The translations under genes were made by a program, and so were the position numbers. Shown in pieces: positions 52,787-64,000 of a DNA stretch of 64,000 nt. The notes beneath the pieces are model-generated. The model was not told the origin of the DNA and searched no databases. It saw only the letters and a program-made list of their open reading frames with translations. The stretch is from NCBI GenBank assembly GCA_002633005.1, contig NMRA01000029.1, positions 1,026,086-1,090,085 on the forward strand. The letters are read 5' to 3'. Positions within the stretch are counted from its first letter, which is position 1; every line of letters starts with the position of its first letter. The stretch comes from Phoronis australis (lineage: Eukaryota > Animalia > Phoronida).

Positions 52787-55700
52787 ATGGCGACTAAAAT
52801 GGGTAACTGTTGTTTTCTTTTACGCATTTTAATGTTCACGGCCTTTCAAGCGGCGGATTTTTTTGATGGAACTGTTTGCATTAATGAATGCAGTAGTGTT
52901 TTCAGTTAAATCCTTTACAGAAGGTAAAACAGGTCAGGAATCATGTTATGGCCTTCTGGTCAGCTACTTGAGGTTGAGCCGTAGTCCGTCAGCCGTGCCC
53001 TGGCTTTAGACTAGGTAATTATGGAAGCCTAAATCATCGCAATTTCGGTAGCTGTGCTTCGTCGAAAATGTGTATAGACCCGGAAAGGATCGCTGGAGAA
53101 AGACAGTACATTTTTATGTGGCAATTTTAAGTGTAAAGTGTATTTTTGACGAAGTGAAAATCTTTCTGTCGTAGCCAGCCAGCTAGTATGATAACTGTCG
53201 TCAAAATACAGCTAGGTCCCACTGCGTGCATTTTTTCCGTAAACCCCGAAATTGCGCCACCCAGGGTAGTTCTGCTCGTCACCGCGCCGTGAAACTTGTA
53301 TCAGCATGTAAAGCTAAAGACCGGACGGTGTGCATGCAAAATCTGGGAGCCAACTGACACTCACCTTGCCCGTTACGCTGCCGTTTAAATGAAAAACAAT
53401 GCAATAAACGTCATTTTCTTGCGTAACTCTCTGTCTTTTCTAACAATGAAAAGTATGTCGTCGTTTCAAAAACAACACGCTCGTGTCACGCGTACGCGCC
53501 ATTTCCTAAATTTTCGCGACAACTTTGGAGAAGCAAAATTTGTTCTGAAATTCGGTTTTTCGGTATCAGAATTCTAAAAAAATATAATGAAGTGAAACCA
53601 GTTCCAATAATTTGTTGTAACATGTGCGCAAGCTCGTGAAAGAACAGCAGTTGATTGAAGAATCGGCGAAAAAAGAAACTGGCCAATAGGTGACGCAACA
53701 TTTCATGACGCTGAAAGCCGTCGCTAAAGATCGCTCCACAAATTTAGCAGCAGAATAACGGCCTTTTTAGAACGCCATTTTTTCCAACACTGTAAAATAA
53801 TTTTGTTTACTCAAGGAAGACTGTAGTTTTTAATGACATTAATTTTGTGTCAGATTTTATCTTACCACTTTTTTACCCACATCAGTGCAAAGCTGCATAT
53901 TTATATACAGCTTTGTACTAAGGCTATTTCTGTCCCTGCCAGGATTTTGCCTACCGGGGCCAACCCACAGGCGTCCTCAGCTTCTGATCGTCCCCAATAC
54001 ACTATTTATAATACTACAAGGTATGGCACTCGGGACAAGGAATTACATTGTTGCTTCACTTCAGCCATCCGTATGAAACACAAAACTCAATAAATTTTCA
54101 CAAAACAGGGTTTCAACAAACCATTAGTAATTGTTCTTTCTTCTAATACCATTCATGGTGTCCTGCTCCAGTGAGATCACAACAAATTCGCAGTCAAAGC
54201 ACAAAAATGTTCCCAAAAAGCCCACGGATCAGTCCTCCTTTGATGGTTCAAGGTCAAGGACAGTACGGAATTAGCAGATGAATTACGGATGGACAGCAAT
54301 CGCTGGTTCATCACAGAAGGTTACGAAATGGTGTGGCTAAGTGTGGAGTTATCAATTGTCGTGACATTCCATGTCAAATCGGCAACTGCCGTATCACAGA
54401 GGCTATAGTGGTACGTTTTAAAATCAATTTCCAGCCAGCATTTTATTTGGAGATCAGTGCGAAATGCATAGTTGTGAGTAGCGCAAGTTTCATATGAATC
54501 TGATCGGCCATTTACAAGGTATGATGTTCCAAGTTTGAACATTTACTCTTGTCGTGGCACAGAAAAAAATTCCAGATATAATTTGTGGGGGTAACTGGCT
54601 TTTGTTGGTTTTGTTTGGAGTAGCTGATCAGACTGTGTAGTTTTTGATAAATGCATAAGGAATGAAATAATTATCTTTTAGCTAATGGAACGGCTGCCAT
54701 TCGAATGTTAATGGTTGGAGATGTGATGTTGGCCAGAGGTATTGACATGATAATGCCACATTCATGCCCACCGCAACTGCATGAAGGCTATATCAAAGAT
54801 GCAAGGGACTATGTCCAGTTTGCCGTGTATACAAACGGGCCAATCTCAGAGGGGCGAGGATTTGAGTACATCTGGGGAGACGCGTTGCAGATTCTGCGTG
54901 CAAAATCACCAGATCTGCGCCTGGTTAATTTGGAGACATCTGTCACATTGAGCGAATCCCATTGGCCCGATAAAGGAATCCATTACCGTATGCATCCAAA
55001 AAACATCAAAAGTCTCAAATTGTTCGGTGTAGATGTGTGTGTTTTGGCTAATAATCATGTGTTAGACTGGGGTTATCCAGGATTGAAGGAAACTGTCGAA
55101 ACATTGTGCAACGCAGGAATACAGTTTGTTGGTGCTGGAAGAAATGATACAGAGGCTAAGAAGCCTGCAATATTTGACCTTGGTGACAAAGGACGGGTCG
55201 TGGTCTTTGCTGTGGGTCACATGTCAAGTGGTGTGCCAGATGAGTGGAAACCAAAGAGGACAAAAGGTGGCGTTAATGTGATTGGTGCTCTTGATTTCAA
55301 AAGCGTGGAAACTTTGAAGCGGCAGATTAAAGACATCAGGCAGGAAAATGACGTGGTTGTCTTGTCGATTCACTGGGGAGGGAACTGGGGGTTTGAGGTT
55401 GACGATTATCACCGACAGTTTGCACATGATGTGATAGATAGCGCCGGCGTGGATGTTGTGTATGGGCATTCTTCCCATCATATTAAAGGAGTAGAGGTGT
55501 ATAATGGTAAGTAGGCATTCATGAAATGAAGGCAGCGAAAATCCATTCCTTCCTTAGCCCTACATTGCCATGGAAAGCTTCTATGTGGAATTGGGCGATT
55601 AAGTTCCAGTTGATAGCTGCAGTGAATGGCTCCTTGGCTTTAAATTCAACTTGTTCTATTTTGAGGCTAGTGACAATGGAAGCTAGGTTTTGAACCATGT

Positions 55701-56342
55701 TGTTAATCTGTTTTGGGTTTTAGTGAAAATTCTTAAGTACTAACAGATCCATATAGTCTTAAGAGCACTTCAGTCTTTCAACCCAAAACTGTCTATCTAT
55801 TGAGCTCTACTAAAATGGAGCTCGCAAATCTTAATCATGTTAAGTATGTATATGTATGGACAAGACTGTAATGTTACATGTACCTTGTATCAGGGTTTCG
55901 TTTTCTGATACCTAGCTTTAAGGCAATATCACTTACAGGGGTCCCAAATTTTGAGAACCAGTTTTGCGTCACATTATTCAGTAGATGATACTGGTTCTCA
56001 GAATGCAGAACCCCTGTAACTTCTTATAAGTGGCTATCACCCGATTTTCCAGGGAAGTTAATCGTTTATGGCTGTGGCGACTGGTTGAATGATTATGAAG
56101 GAATATCTGGTCATGAGGAGTTTCATGGAGAATTTGGACTGATGTACTTTGTCGACGTGAGCACTTCTGATGGACGTTTGAACAGTTTGACTATGGTCCC
56201 AACAGAGATAAAAAAGTTGCGCGTTAATCGTGGTAGCAAGATTGCTGTCGATTGGTTGGAGAAGACGATGCGACGAGAGTGTCAGAAACTTGGTAGTGAT
56301 GTCAGGCGTGATCAAGATGAACTGAAGCTTGTTTTTCATTAA
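52787..56342 (+). CDS. CapA (PGA_cap) family metallophosphoesterase-fold protein, mycobacterial Rv0574c-like, ~376 aa, 3 exons
   Basis: Exons: 52787-52802 (MATKM, G|GTAACT), 54682-55506 and 56053-56342. Both introns are phase 1 GT-AG and the 1131 nt are open. Motifs: VGDVMLARGIDMIMPH, VNLETSVT, KGIHYRMHP, LANNHVLDWG, GAG, SSGVP, VLSIHWGGNWG, GHSSHH, GKLIVYGCGDWLNDYEGI. The 16-nt first exon is inferred from phase and position. Confidence 0.88.
55936..56016. mobile_element. 81-bp TA-flanked hairpin MITE in intron 2 of the CapA-like gene
   Basis: TA|CAGGGGT..TGAGAACCAGT...ACTGGTTCTCA..ACCCCTG|TA. Confidence 0.8.
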
Positions 56343-59107
56343 CTTTATATTCCGTGTGTTTTTTGGTGTTCTATGCAATTACAAAAAGCTTACTAGCCAA
56401 AACTGTCATTAGAAGTGCACTATACAGCTGTATTCAGTTGGGCGGTTGTCCCCGATCAGGTGAGTGTCTACACAAAGAACCCTCCTGGACAATAGAAGCG
56501 ATGTCAAGGCATATGTATCAGCTATGCATTTGCATGTCTTAAAATGGACAATTATTCCTCTTTACATATTCAAATTACAGGCTTTCAAGTGTTTCTACTT
56601 TTCCTATTTTTCCTACTTTTTTACCTGTTCCTACTTTTCCTAATTTTTTCTCACTGCTTTAAAGTTTCCATCTAAGTTGTTTTTGGAGTAGTGAGTAGCC
56701 GTTTATCAACCCTCTAACACAGCACCACCTATACTGAAAAGTGGCCCTGTGGAAACATTATGAACGACACACGGAATTCCGTGTGTGAGCATCAATGCGC
56801 ATGCTTGGTCGGAAGTTTATCGATCACGTGGCCACCACTTGCACTCGTTGTACTTGTTTGGGCTTAGCCATGGGATCGGGGTTCCCTTGATTTTGTTTAC
56901 TTCGATCACTGCTCGTGTTAATAAATTGCAACTATTCAAGTCAAAGGTGGTCGCCATACAGCAAACTGAACGGGTTTCCCAGTTTTCATCCAATGGGAAT
57001 GACTGGATTTTGTGACGTCGCTTTCATTGCTTTACCCAATGAGAAGCCACGATATACAACATTCTACAGTGCTATCTTCCGTAGCCCACTGGGAAAGATT
57101 GTACCGCTTATCAGGAACAGGACACGAAGGACTTCCTCCAGCACATGCGATGCTAACCTAAAGACTATGTAGTTGGAGAGCCAGCAGGGCTTGACACTAG
57201 GCTTTTGAGTGTAAAAGGTTTGAGTTTGTAATTCTGACACCTTATTCATCGAGAGGAAAGGGCGTCTTAAGTCGCAGAATCCTGTTGTTAGGTCCTTGGG
57301 CGGTCAAGCAACAAAAACTCTCCAAAAGATAGTAGATAGTTTAGTAATCTGGGCAACACATCCACAGCTTAAGACGCCGTTTTTCGTGGAGTTAGCTGAT
57401 GATGGGGGTCTTGCTTATGATGTATATCTCGTAATTTTTATTACCTTTACTGCCCAAATTTTTCTTGATATACACTATATTTTGCCTATGTATATTTTCC
57501 ATTGAATTGCTCACATTTTTTTGTTTTCAATATTTTAAACAAAGCCACTTCACAATTTTTAATTTGACAAACTGGAATTGGCTGTAATCAATGCCTCGCA
57601 TACTTCACAGGCACACACACACACACACCCGCTAGGTGTCGTCTCAGTCCATGACATAATGGCGGCGGCCAAAGTGAATAGTCTTGTTAACGTTTTTGGG
57701 GTTACCAAGCTGCAGTGGTTTTCGAAGATAATTTGTAAATGAGAAGACAAATATTTCTACAAATGGATGGGGCTTTGTCATTGCAAAGTGCTGAGGAGTG
57801 TTTGATGGTCTTAATGTTCAAAATTGTGTAATGTTATTTTAAGAAATGCGATACTGTGAAATGTGTGAATTTGAAACATATCCGGATGTCAATTTTTGTT
57901 TCTACATTTTGCTAAATGCACATGTAAATTTACCTGTTTCTTATGGGGACATTTCAAAATGCATGTTTGAGACATGTTATAGCAAGAATAAACTTGTTTG
58001 CCCAAGTTACGTTAACTTTATTATGCGGACATTTGAAGATGGTTGTTATTTCATGTATAAGATCGGTGTTACAGTGTCTTGTTTCTCTAAAATAAAAAAT
58101 GTTAAATTGTGATAAAAATGTGCCTTTAATTTAATTTGCTTTTTGTTAGCAAAATATATTACATTCATAATTTACACTGTACATCTGTCATAAAATATAA
58201 TAAACTTCAAAAGTTACAAAAGTATACAAACTAGTTCTTCCTATTGTACATTACATCTAACCTTATAGGATGGACCACAGCCAGTAGTGCCTTGTGACTA
58301 GTTTATGAGTACTGTCAATCTTAATAGTGAGATGACATTTCCATTAAAATATTTAAAAGGATACAAAACCCCGATTCGATGATTTCAATGACTCCTCGTT
58401 CTGTCGCCTGCTAATTCTTCATGGGTGTCAATCTAAAACTCACGCCCCCTATTTCACAAAATTGGACATTATGGCCCTTGGTCGGTGGTCTTTTCCTACA
58501 ATTGCAGTGTAATTCGCTAAAACGTCACATTTGCCTGTTTAGCACACTTTGAAAGGAGTTTTCAAATTTTCCTCCAAACTTTTGAGGGTTGTGGAGGGTT
58601 ACAGAGCATTGTTTCATTTCAGAAAACTGGACGGGCAAGTTGTTTATAGCATCTGTGAATAGGCCAAAACTGCATTTTCAAGGTGAAATTGGATTAGAAA
58701 GTTGTACATAAACCATAATATACTCGCGCACGAACTAATAACCACTTATCTTGAGTTTGCGCTAAAGCCGAACTGAAAATGACAAAAATAATTTTAAGTT
58801 CAATTTCGAGCACAAAGATTCAACCCTGGCCCCTGATCTACATCATGGTGTGAGTTAAGACTACAGCAGATGTTGCTGCGGACCACACCAAATAGCAGTC
58901 ATCCGCAGTTGTGTAAATTTCTACAGACTGTCTTGCAACAACTTCCTATTACAAGTAAGCTGTTGGATTAAGCTTTTCATACAGAATATATTAACATACA
59001 AAATCCTGAGACTCTAAAACTCTTTGTAAACCAGGCATTACACCTAAGTATCAAAAGTCACAAATTATGGACATTCCCTGTTTTGTTACAAGTTGTGTGC
59101 CTTTGAA

Positions 59108-59676
59108 NNNNNNNNNNNNNNNNNNNNNNNNNNNNNNNNNNNNNNNNNNNNNNNNNNNNNNNNNNNNNNNNNNNNNNNNNNNNNNNNNNNNNNNNNNNNN
59201 NNNNNNNNNNNNNNNNNNNNNNNNNNNNNNNNNNNNNNNNNNNNNNNNNNNNNNNNNNNNNNNNNNNNNNNNNNNNNNNNNNNNNNNNNNNNNNNNNNNN
59301 NNNNNNNNNNNNNNNNNNNNNNNNNNNNNNNNNNNNNNNNNNNNNNNNNNNNNNNNNNNNNNNNNNNNNNNNNNNNNNNNNNNNNNNNNNNNNNNNNNNN
59401 NNNNNNNNNNNNNNNNNNNNNNNNNNNNNNNNNNNNNNNNNNNNNNNNNNNNNNNNNNNNNNNNNNNNNNNNNNNNNNNNNNNNNNNNNNNNNNNNNNNN
59501 NNNNNNNNNNNNNNNNNNNNNNNNNNNNNNNNNNNNNNNNNNNNNNNNNNNNNNNNNNNNNNNNNNNNNNNNNNNNNNNNNNNNNNNNNNNNNNNNNNNN
59601 NNNNNNNNNNNNNNNNNNNNNNNNNNNNNNNNNNNNNNNNNNNNNNNNNNNNNNNNNNNNNNNNNNNNNNNNNNNN
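59108..59676. other. Assembly gap (N run)
   Basis: 569 Ns. Confidence 1.
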
Positions 59677-61127
59677 TTGACTAATAGTCAAACTCCACGT
59701 CCACATCTCCAGTAAATTCACAAATGTTTTCGTAGTCCAACTTAAGCACACAGTCCCTGTCTCGCAACAACTGTACGGTTGCCCTGCACTTTGATTTGTC
59801 TTTTTTCACTATCTGTGCAAGCTGAAATTGAAAATTGCGTTGTCAATTACAGAAAAATTCACATATTAAGTTGGCCATGCATCAGTCCATATTTTTGCTT
59901 AACTCTGACAAACTGCAGCGGTATCGTTGTTCTAGTGTGTGAAATTGGGCCTTTATATAACTTACTGATTGGATTTCTCCATACATGGATGAAATCTCTC
60001 CATCAGGTTGGATCGGATTTAAATGGCTCACTTGGGAGTTTCCAGTTATTCAATGTGACGTCACCGGAAGTAGGTCAAAACCCGCCATATTGCCCTTGCT
60101 TTGCCCCGAGTCTTTGCTACACACGCTAACTCTTACTGGAGTTCTTATGAAGAATTTTACACTTAAAACGTTAACACTACTTAAGAGATGGCAGATGGAT
60201 CGTGGAATAACTGTGAATGGATGAAGAAAAGGTGAACTTGTCATCTTTTGCGAAACTGTGAACGGACTGAAATAGGAACTCGATCCGGACTAGGCCTTAA
60301 TGGCGGAGGCATGCAGGGGGAATAGTATATCCCATGAAAAGTTACTCATTTGAAAATACAGCAAATATATACAGTAACAAATGAAACATGCACATGGAGT
60401 TATAATTAACGCATACCATGACTCTGGATACAATTTAGTCAACATAACTTCAACATATCAAAGAAAATGTCGCGGTTCACTCGAGTTTCTCTCTCCGGCG
60501 CCATTTTGAGGAGATTACATGAAATCACGCTTGTTGACGAACAAAAGATCCAAAGGACACAAATATTGCTAATTTCACTTGCTATCTTCCCATGCTATTT
60601 TTTAAGTGTCACATGCCAGGTCACGCGCTTCGCTCAGTCTCGCGCTAGCCTTTGCCTCATACTCACCTGACTCAGTTGAAATACTTTGTGGTTATTACGC
60701 GCGCACAGTGAAAAAGCTAACGGCAGCCAAAAAGTGGAGTTGGAATTCTTCGCCAAAGTTACCTTAATTCTTGTAACTATACTTCATCAAAGATATGTTT
60801 AGAAGCAGAAAGGATCACTGAAGAAAGTAAGCACCTTTTTAAATGATAGTTCTAAGTGCAGAATGTATTTTTGATGAGGTGAAAACTCTTAATAAGTGAG
60901 CATATTTCGCCTTCCGCCCGTTTAAAATACACGGCACGAAATTAGTACAGAACGCGATGGGACTTATCGTAGCGCGATATTACATTTCCCATAACAGCAA
61001 TGCCTGTTTGGCATTTTTCACACTAAAAGATTAAAAACTCGAAGTAAACTGAACAGAATACATTCTGCTAACGTATCGGGCAAATGGCCGAGCGACAAGC
61101 TTTTACCCTACTTCCGGTGACATCACA
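59677..61127 (+). repeat. Unclassified repeat element; 59677-60390 has a diverged copy at 63312-64000
   Basis: The two copies are colinear, with substitutions and a ~25-bp indel near 60280. An imperfect inverted repeat lies at 60054-60080 and 61101-61127. Confidence 0.8.
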
Positions 61128-61581
61128 GTTAAGTCTCACAGAATCTCGCATCATTGTTATTAACTCGAAAAGGGGCTATTAAAAATTGTGCATTCATTTT
61201 TTATAGCTGAAAGCATTTCATTTGTATCTTTCATCTTTTCCTGTGGTCTTCTTCAATCAAACTACACCTACAGAGTGACGGAAGTACACGTCATTGGGAA
61301 ATTCCATGAAAAGCTCAGTCAGACAAGAAATAGCCAAAAAATATAATTATGCAATGAGTGTATCTAGAAGACAAAGGGACTTGCCTGTCCTCTCTCCTTT
61401 CCGTGAACAATGATCACAAAAGTGTTCTCAGCCTTGGGAATGACAGTCTCCAGCATACTTTGTGAGATACCTGCACAATTAAGAAAGTTTTGTAGAGATT
61501 GAAAGAAGACTAGATACAAACATTTAAAGCTTCAAACATGAACAGTTCACAGAATACCACACCAAACTAAGATACAATTAA

Positions 61582-62480
61582 AGGAGAATGCCACCAAAAA
61601 ACAATGTACTTTGTATCAATTTAGATTGAGTAGTTCTTTTACCTGACACTAGATGGAGGTGCTGAAGTTAACCAATGACGTCACAGGTTCTAACACAGTC
61701 TGTTCAGCAGTTCGCGAGATGCTTACTGATGTCAGCTTATCGCTTGAATTCGTTTTACACCAATAAATCATCAAGATTCAATGTAAAACCCTTACAAATA
61801 CATTGCCTTTTTAAACAAATGAGTCGTTTTATTTCGGTGTTACGGATTTATAGAAAATTTGAAAGTATCGTAGCTTACAAAGTTCACCAGGGTAGGCCAA
61901 CTTACCGAGGCTGGTCACAGGAAGTTTGGAGTCTGTTCGGTCATAAATTAGAATTATTCTTCCCTGAAATACAGACCCTGAGGAGAGCATAGCTGTGTGT
62001 TGTAATCTCAGACTTTTGAATTTCATATGTTCGCTCGTTATAACCCAGTGGCTCGGAACATGATGTGGCCCCTTGCGGCCGGACTCGAGGTATTGCGAAC
62101 ATAAACCAGCCGGGTTAGTCGGATGCCAAAGTTGAAAACTAAATTTCAGTCACAAAAAGACTAGACAAGTGAACCAAAGAAATATTTTGGTGAATTTGCC
62201 GCGAAATTGCAAATCTACTTACTCGTCAGGGGCCGTGAAGCCAAGTTCCCCTCCCACAGAACCGTACATGGAAAAGGTGTACAGTCAATAACAATGACTT
62301 GAATAATGTATAATTGTCTGTATATATATCTAAGTAAAGATTCCTCTAATATCCGACAACAGCATATAAAAACAAGTTATAGTTTCACAACAGCTTTCTG
62401 TTAGCAAACACTTAATAAGCATGCACTCACGATGGTCAAGTAGTTTTATTGCATCTGAAGCCGGTAACGCAGTATGATTA
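61582..62480 (-). mobile_element. Partial Kolobok element (right arm), inverted relative to 21276-22952
   Basis: TTAA|AGGAGAATGCCAC at 61578-61594. The reverse complement aligns with ~22005-22952 (TGTATCAATTTAGA, TCAGCTTATCGCTT, GCAAATCTA.TTACTCGTC). It is truncated at ~62480 by a different CpG-rich repeat. Confidence 0.85.
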
Positions 62481-63095
62481 CTAGGCGGAATTCTTCGAAT
62501 TCCGACAAGTATGTTGCTCTGTCGTCAAGTTTTTTTTTTTTTGTTCGCACTCTACAGGTCGCAATTTTCGTCCGATTTTCACGAAATTTGCACAGAACAT
62601 GTAGATTGGGATGTACTGAAACGCTATTGTTTTTGGTCATGATCGGGTACAAAACGGCGCACGTGGCGGCCATTTTGTATCCGATTTCACAGTCAAATAC
62701 TCGTAGAGGCCGCATTTTTTGACGTACATGGCTGAAGATCGGTACGATTATACTAGAACCCATGTGCTACAACTGTGCAGAAAATTGTTGACTTCCGGTT
62801 AAAGATGGCGGAAATATTGGACATGGCGCATGCGCACCCCGAAATATGGCCAAAAACGTTTTCTCCTGTAGAGGGCGCATTTGCACACCAATTAATTTCA
62901 AACTGGTCACGTATTTGTTGAGTTCAATAAGCTTTTATAAAAAATTATTGAACCGGAAGTCACTTTCAAGATGGCGGCTGTGGGGCATGTTCACAAGGTT
63001 TCAATCGCTCTGTTGTTGCATTTTTTATGGGAAGAGCAAATGACGTGAATTTTTGCATGTGGATTCCTTGAAGTATGGCCTTTCAAAAAGTCTGN

Positions 63096-63339
63096 ATAAC
63101 TGCTCTCCCTTGCTATCTATTGACTAATGGTCAAACTTCACGTCCACCTCCGCAGCAGTATAACTGCTCTCCCTTGCTATCTATTGACTAATAGTCAAAC
63201 TTCACGTCCACCTCCGCAGCAGTATAACTGCTCTCCCTTGCTATCTATTGACTAATAGTCATACTTCACGTCTACCTCCACAGCAGTATAACTGCTTTCC
63301 CTTGCTATCTATTGACTAATAGTCAAACTCCACGTCCAC
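63096..63339 (+). repeat. Tandem array, ~3.8 x 64 bp
   Basis: The unit ATAACTGCTCTCCCTTGCTATCTATTGACTAATAGTCAAACTTCACGTCCACCTCCGCAGCAGT starts at 63096, 63160, 63224 and 63288. It is preceded by N63095, so the copy number is uncertain. Confidence 0.92.
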
Positions 63340-64000
63340 ATCTCCAGTAAATTCACAAATGTTTTCGTAGTCCAACTTAAGCACACAGTCCCTGTCTCGC
63401 AACAACTGTACGGTTGCCCTGCACTTTGATTTGTCTTTTTTCACTATCTGTGCAAGCTGAAATTGAAAATTGCGTTGTCAATTACAGAAAAATTCACATA
63501 TTAAGTTGGCCATGCATAAGTCCATCTTTTTGCTTAACTCTGACAAACTGCAGCGGTATCGTTGTTCTAGTGTATGAAATTGGGCCATTATATAACTTAC
63601 TGATGGATTTCTCCATACATGGATGAAATCTCTCCATCAGGTTGGATCCGATTTAAATGGCTCACTTGGGAGTTTCCAGTTATTCAATGTGACGTCACCG
63701 GAAGTAGGGCAAAACCCGCCATATTGCCCTTGCTTTGCCCGAGTCTTTGCTACATACGCTAACTCTTACTGGAGTTCTTATGAAGAATTTTATACTTAAA
63801 ACGTTAACACTACTTAAGAGATGGCAGATGGATCGTGGAATAACTGTGAATGGACGAAGAAAAGGTGAACTTGTTATCTTGTGCGAAACTGTGAATGGAC
63901 TGAAATAGGAGGTGGAGGCATGCAGGGGGGATAGTATATCCCATGAAAAGTTACTCATTTGAAAATACAGCAAATATATACAGTAAAATCAAATGAAACG

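Noticed and set aside
54705-55514. CapA ORF read as a bacterial contaminant or a complete single-exon gene
   Set aside because: The protein continues in phase across a GT-AG intron into 56053-56342, and the intron holds a host MITE also found at 33651.
59067-59751. Long ORFs in the track
   Set aside because: These are artefacts of translating through the N gap.
63096-63339. 64-bp periodic array read as CRISPR-like
   Set aside because: The whole unit is repeated, with no variable spacers and no cas genes.

Overview
This is animal (metazoan, probably invertebrate) genomic DNA, AT-rich, with spliceosomal introns. It contains one assembly gap (59108-59676) and three single Ns (42871, 50142, 63095). 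Four intact genes were assembled by hand with consistent splice phases: KLHDC10 (minus, 9 exons), ZC3HC1/NIPA (plus, 9 exons, head-to-head with KLHDC10), UBE2H (minus, 6 exons, intron 1 is U12-type), and a bacterial-type CapA/Rv0574c-like metallophosphoesterase (plus, 3 exons, head-to-head with UBE2H). Introns and flanks hold decayed mobile elements: Kolobok with THAP and KolX/P2X7-ballast-like remnants, a Gmr1-like Gypsy, LINEs, CAGGGCT-ended elements, MITEs and minisatellites. Highlights are the intron-containing CapA-like gene (a horizontal-transfer candidate) behind a CLEAR-type palindrome; a KLHDC10 that ends in its own Ala-tail (-SAAA); and the KLHDC10-ZC3HC1-UBE2H trio, also adjacent in human. 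All homology calls come from recalled family motifs, not from database searches. Most short ORFs in the supplied track are noise or exon fragments.
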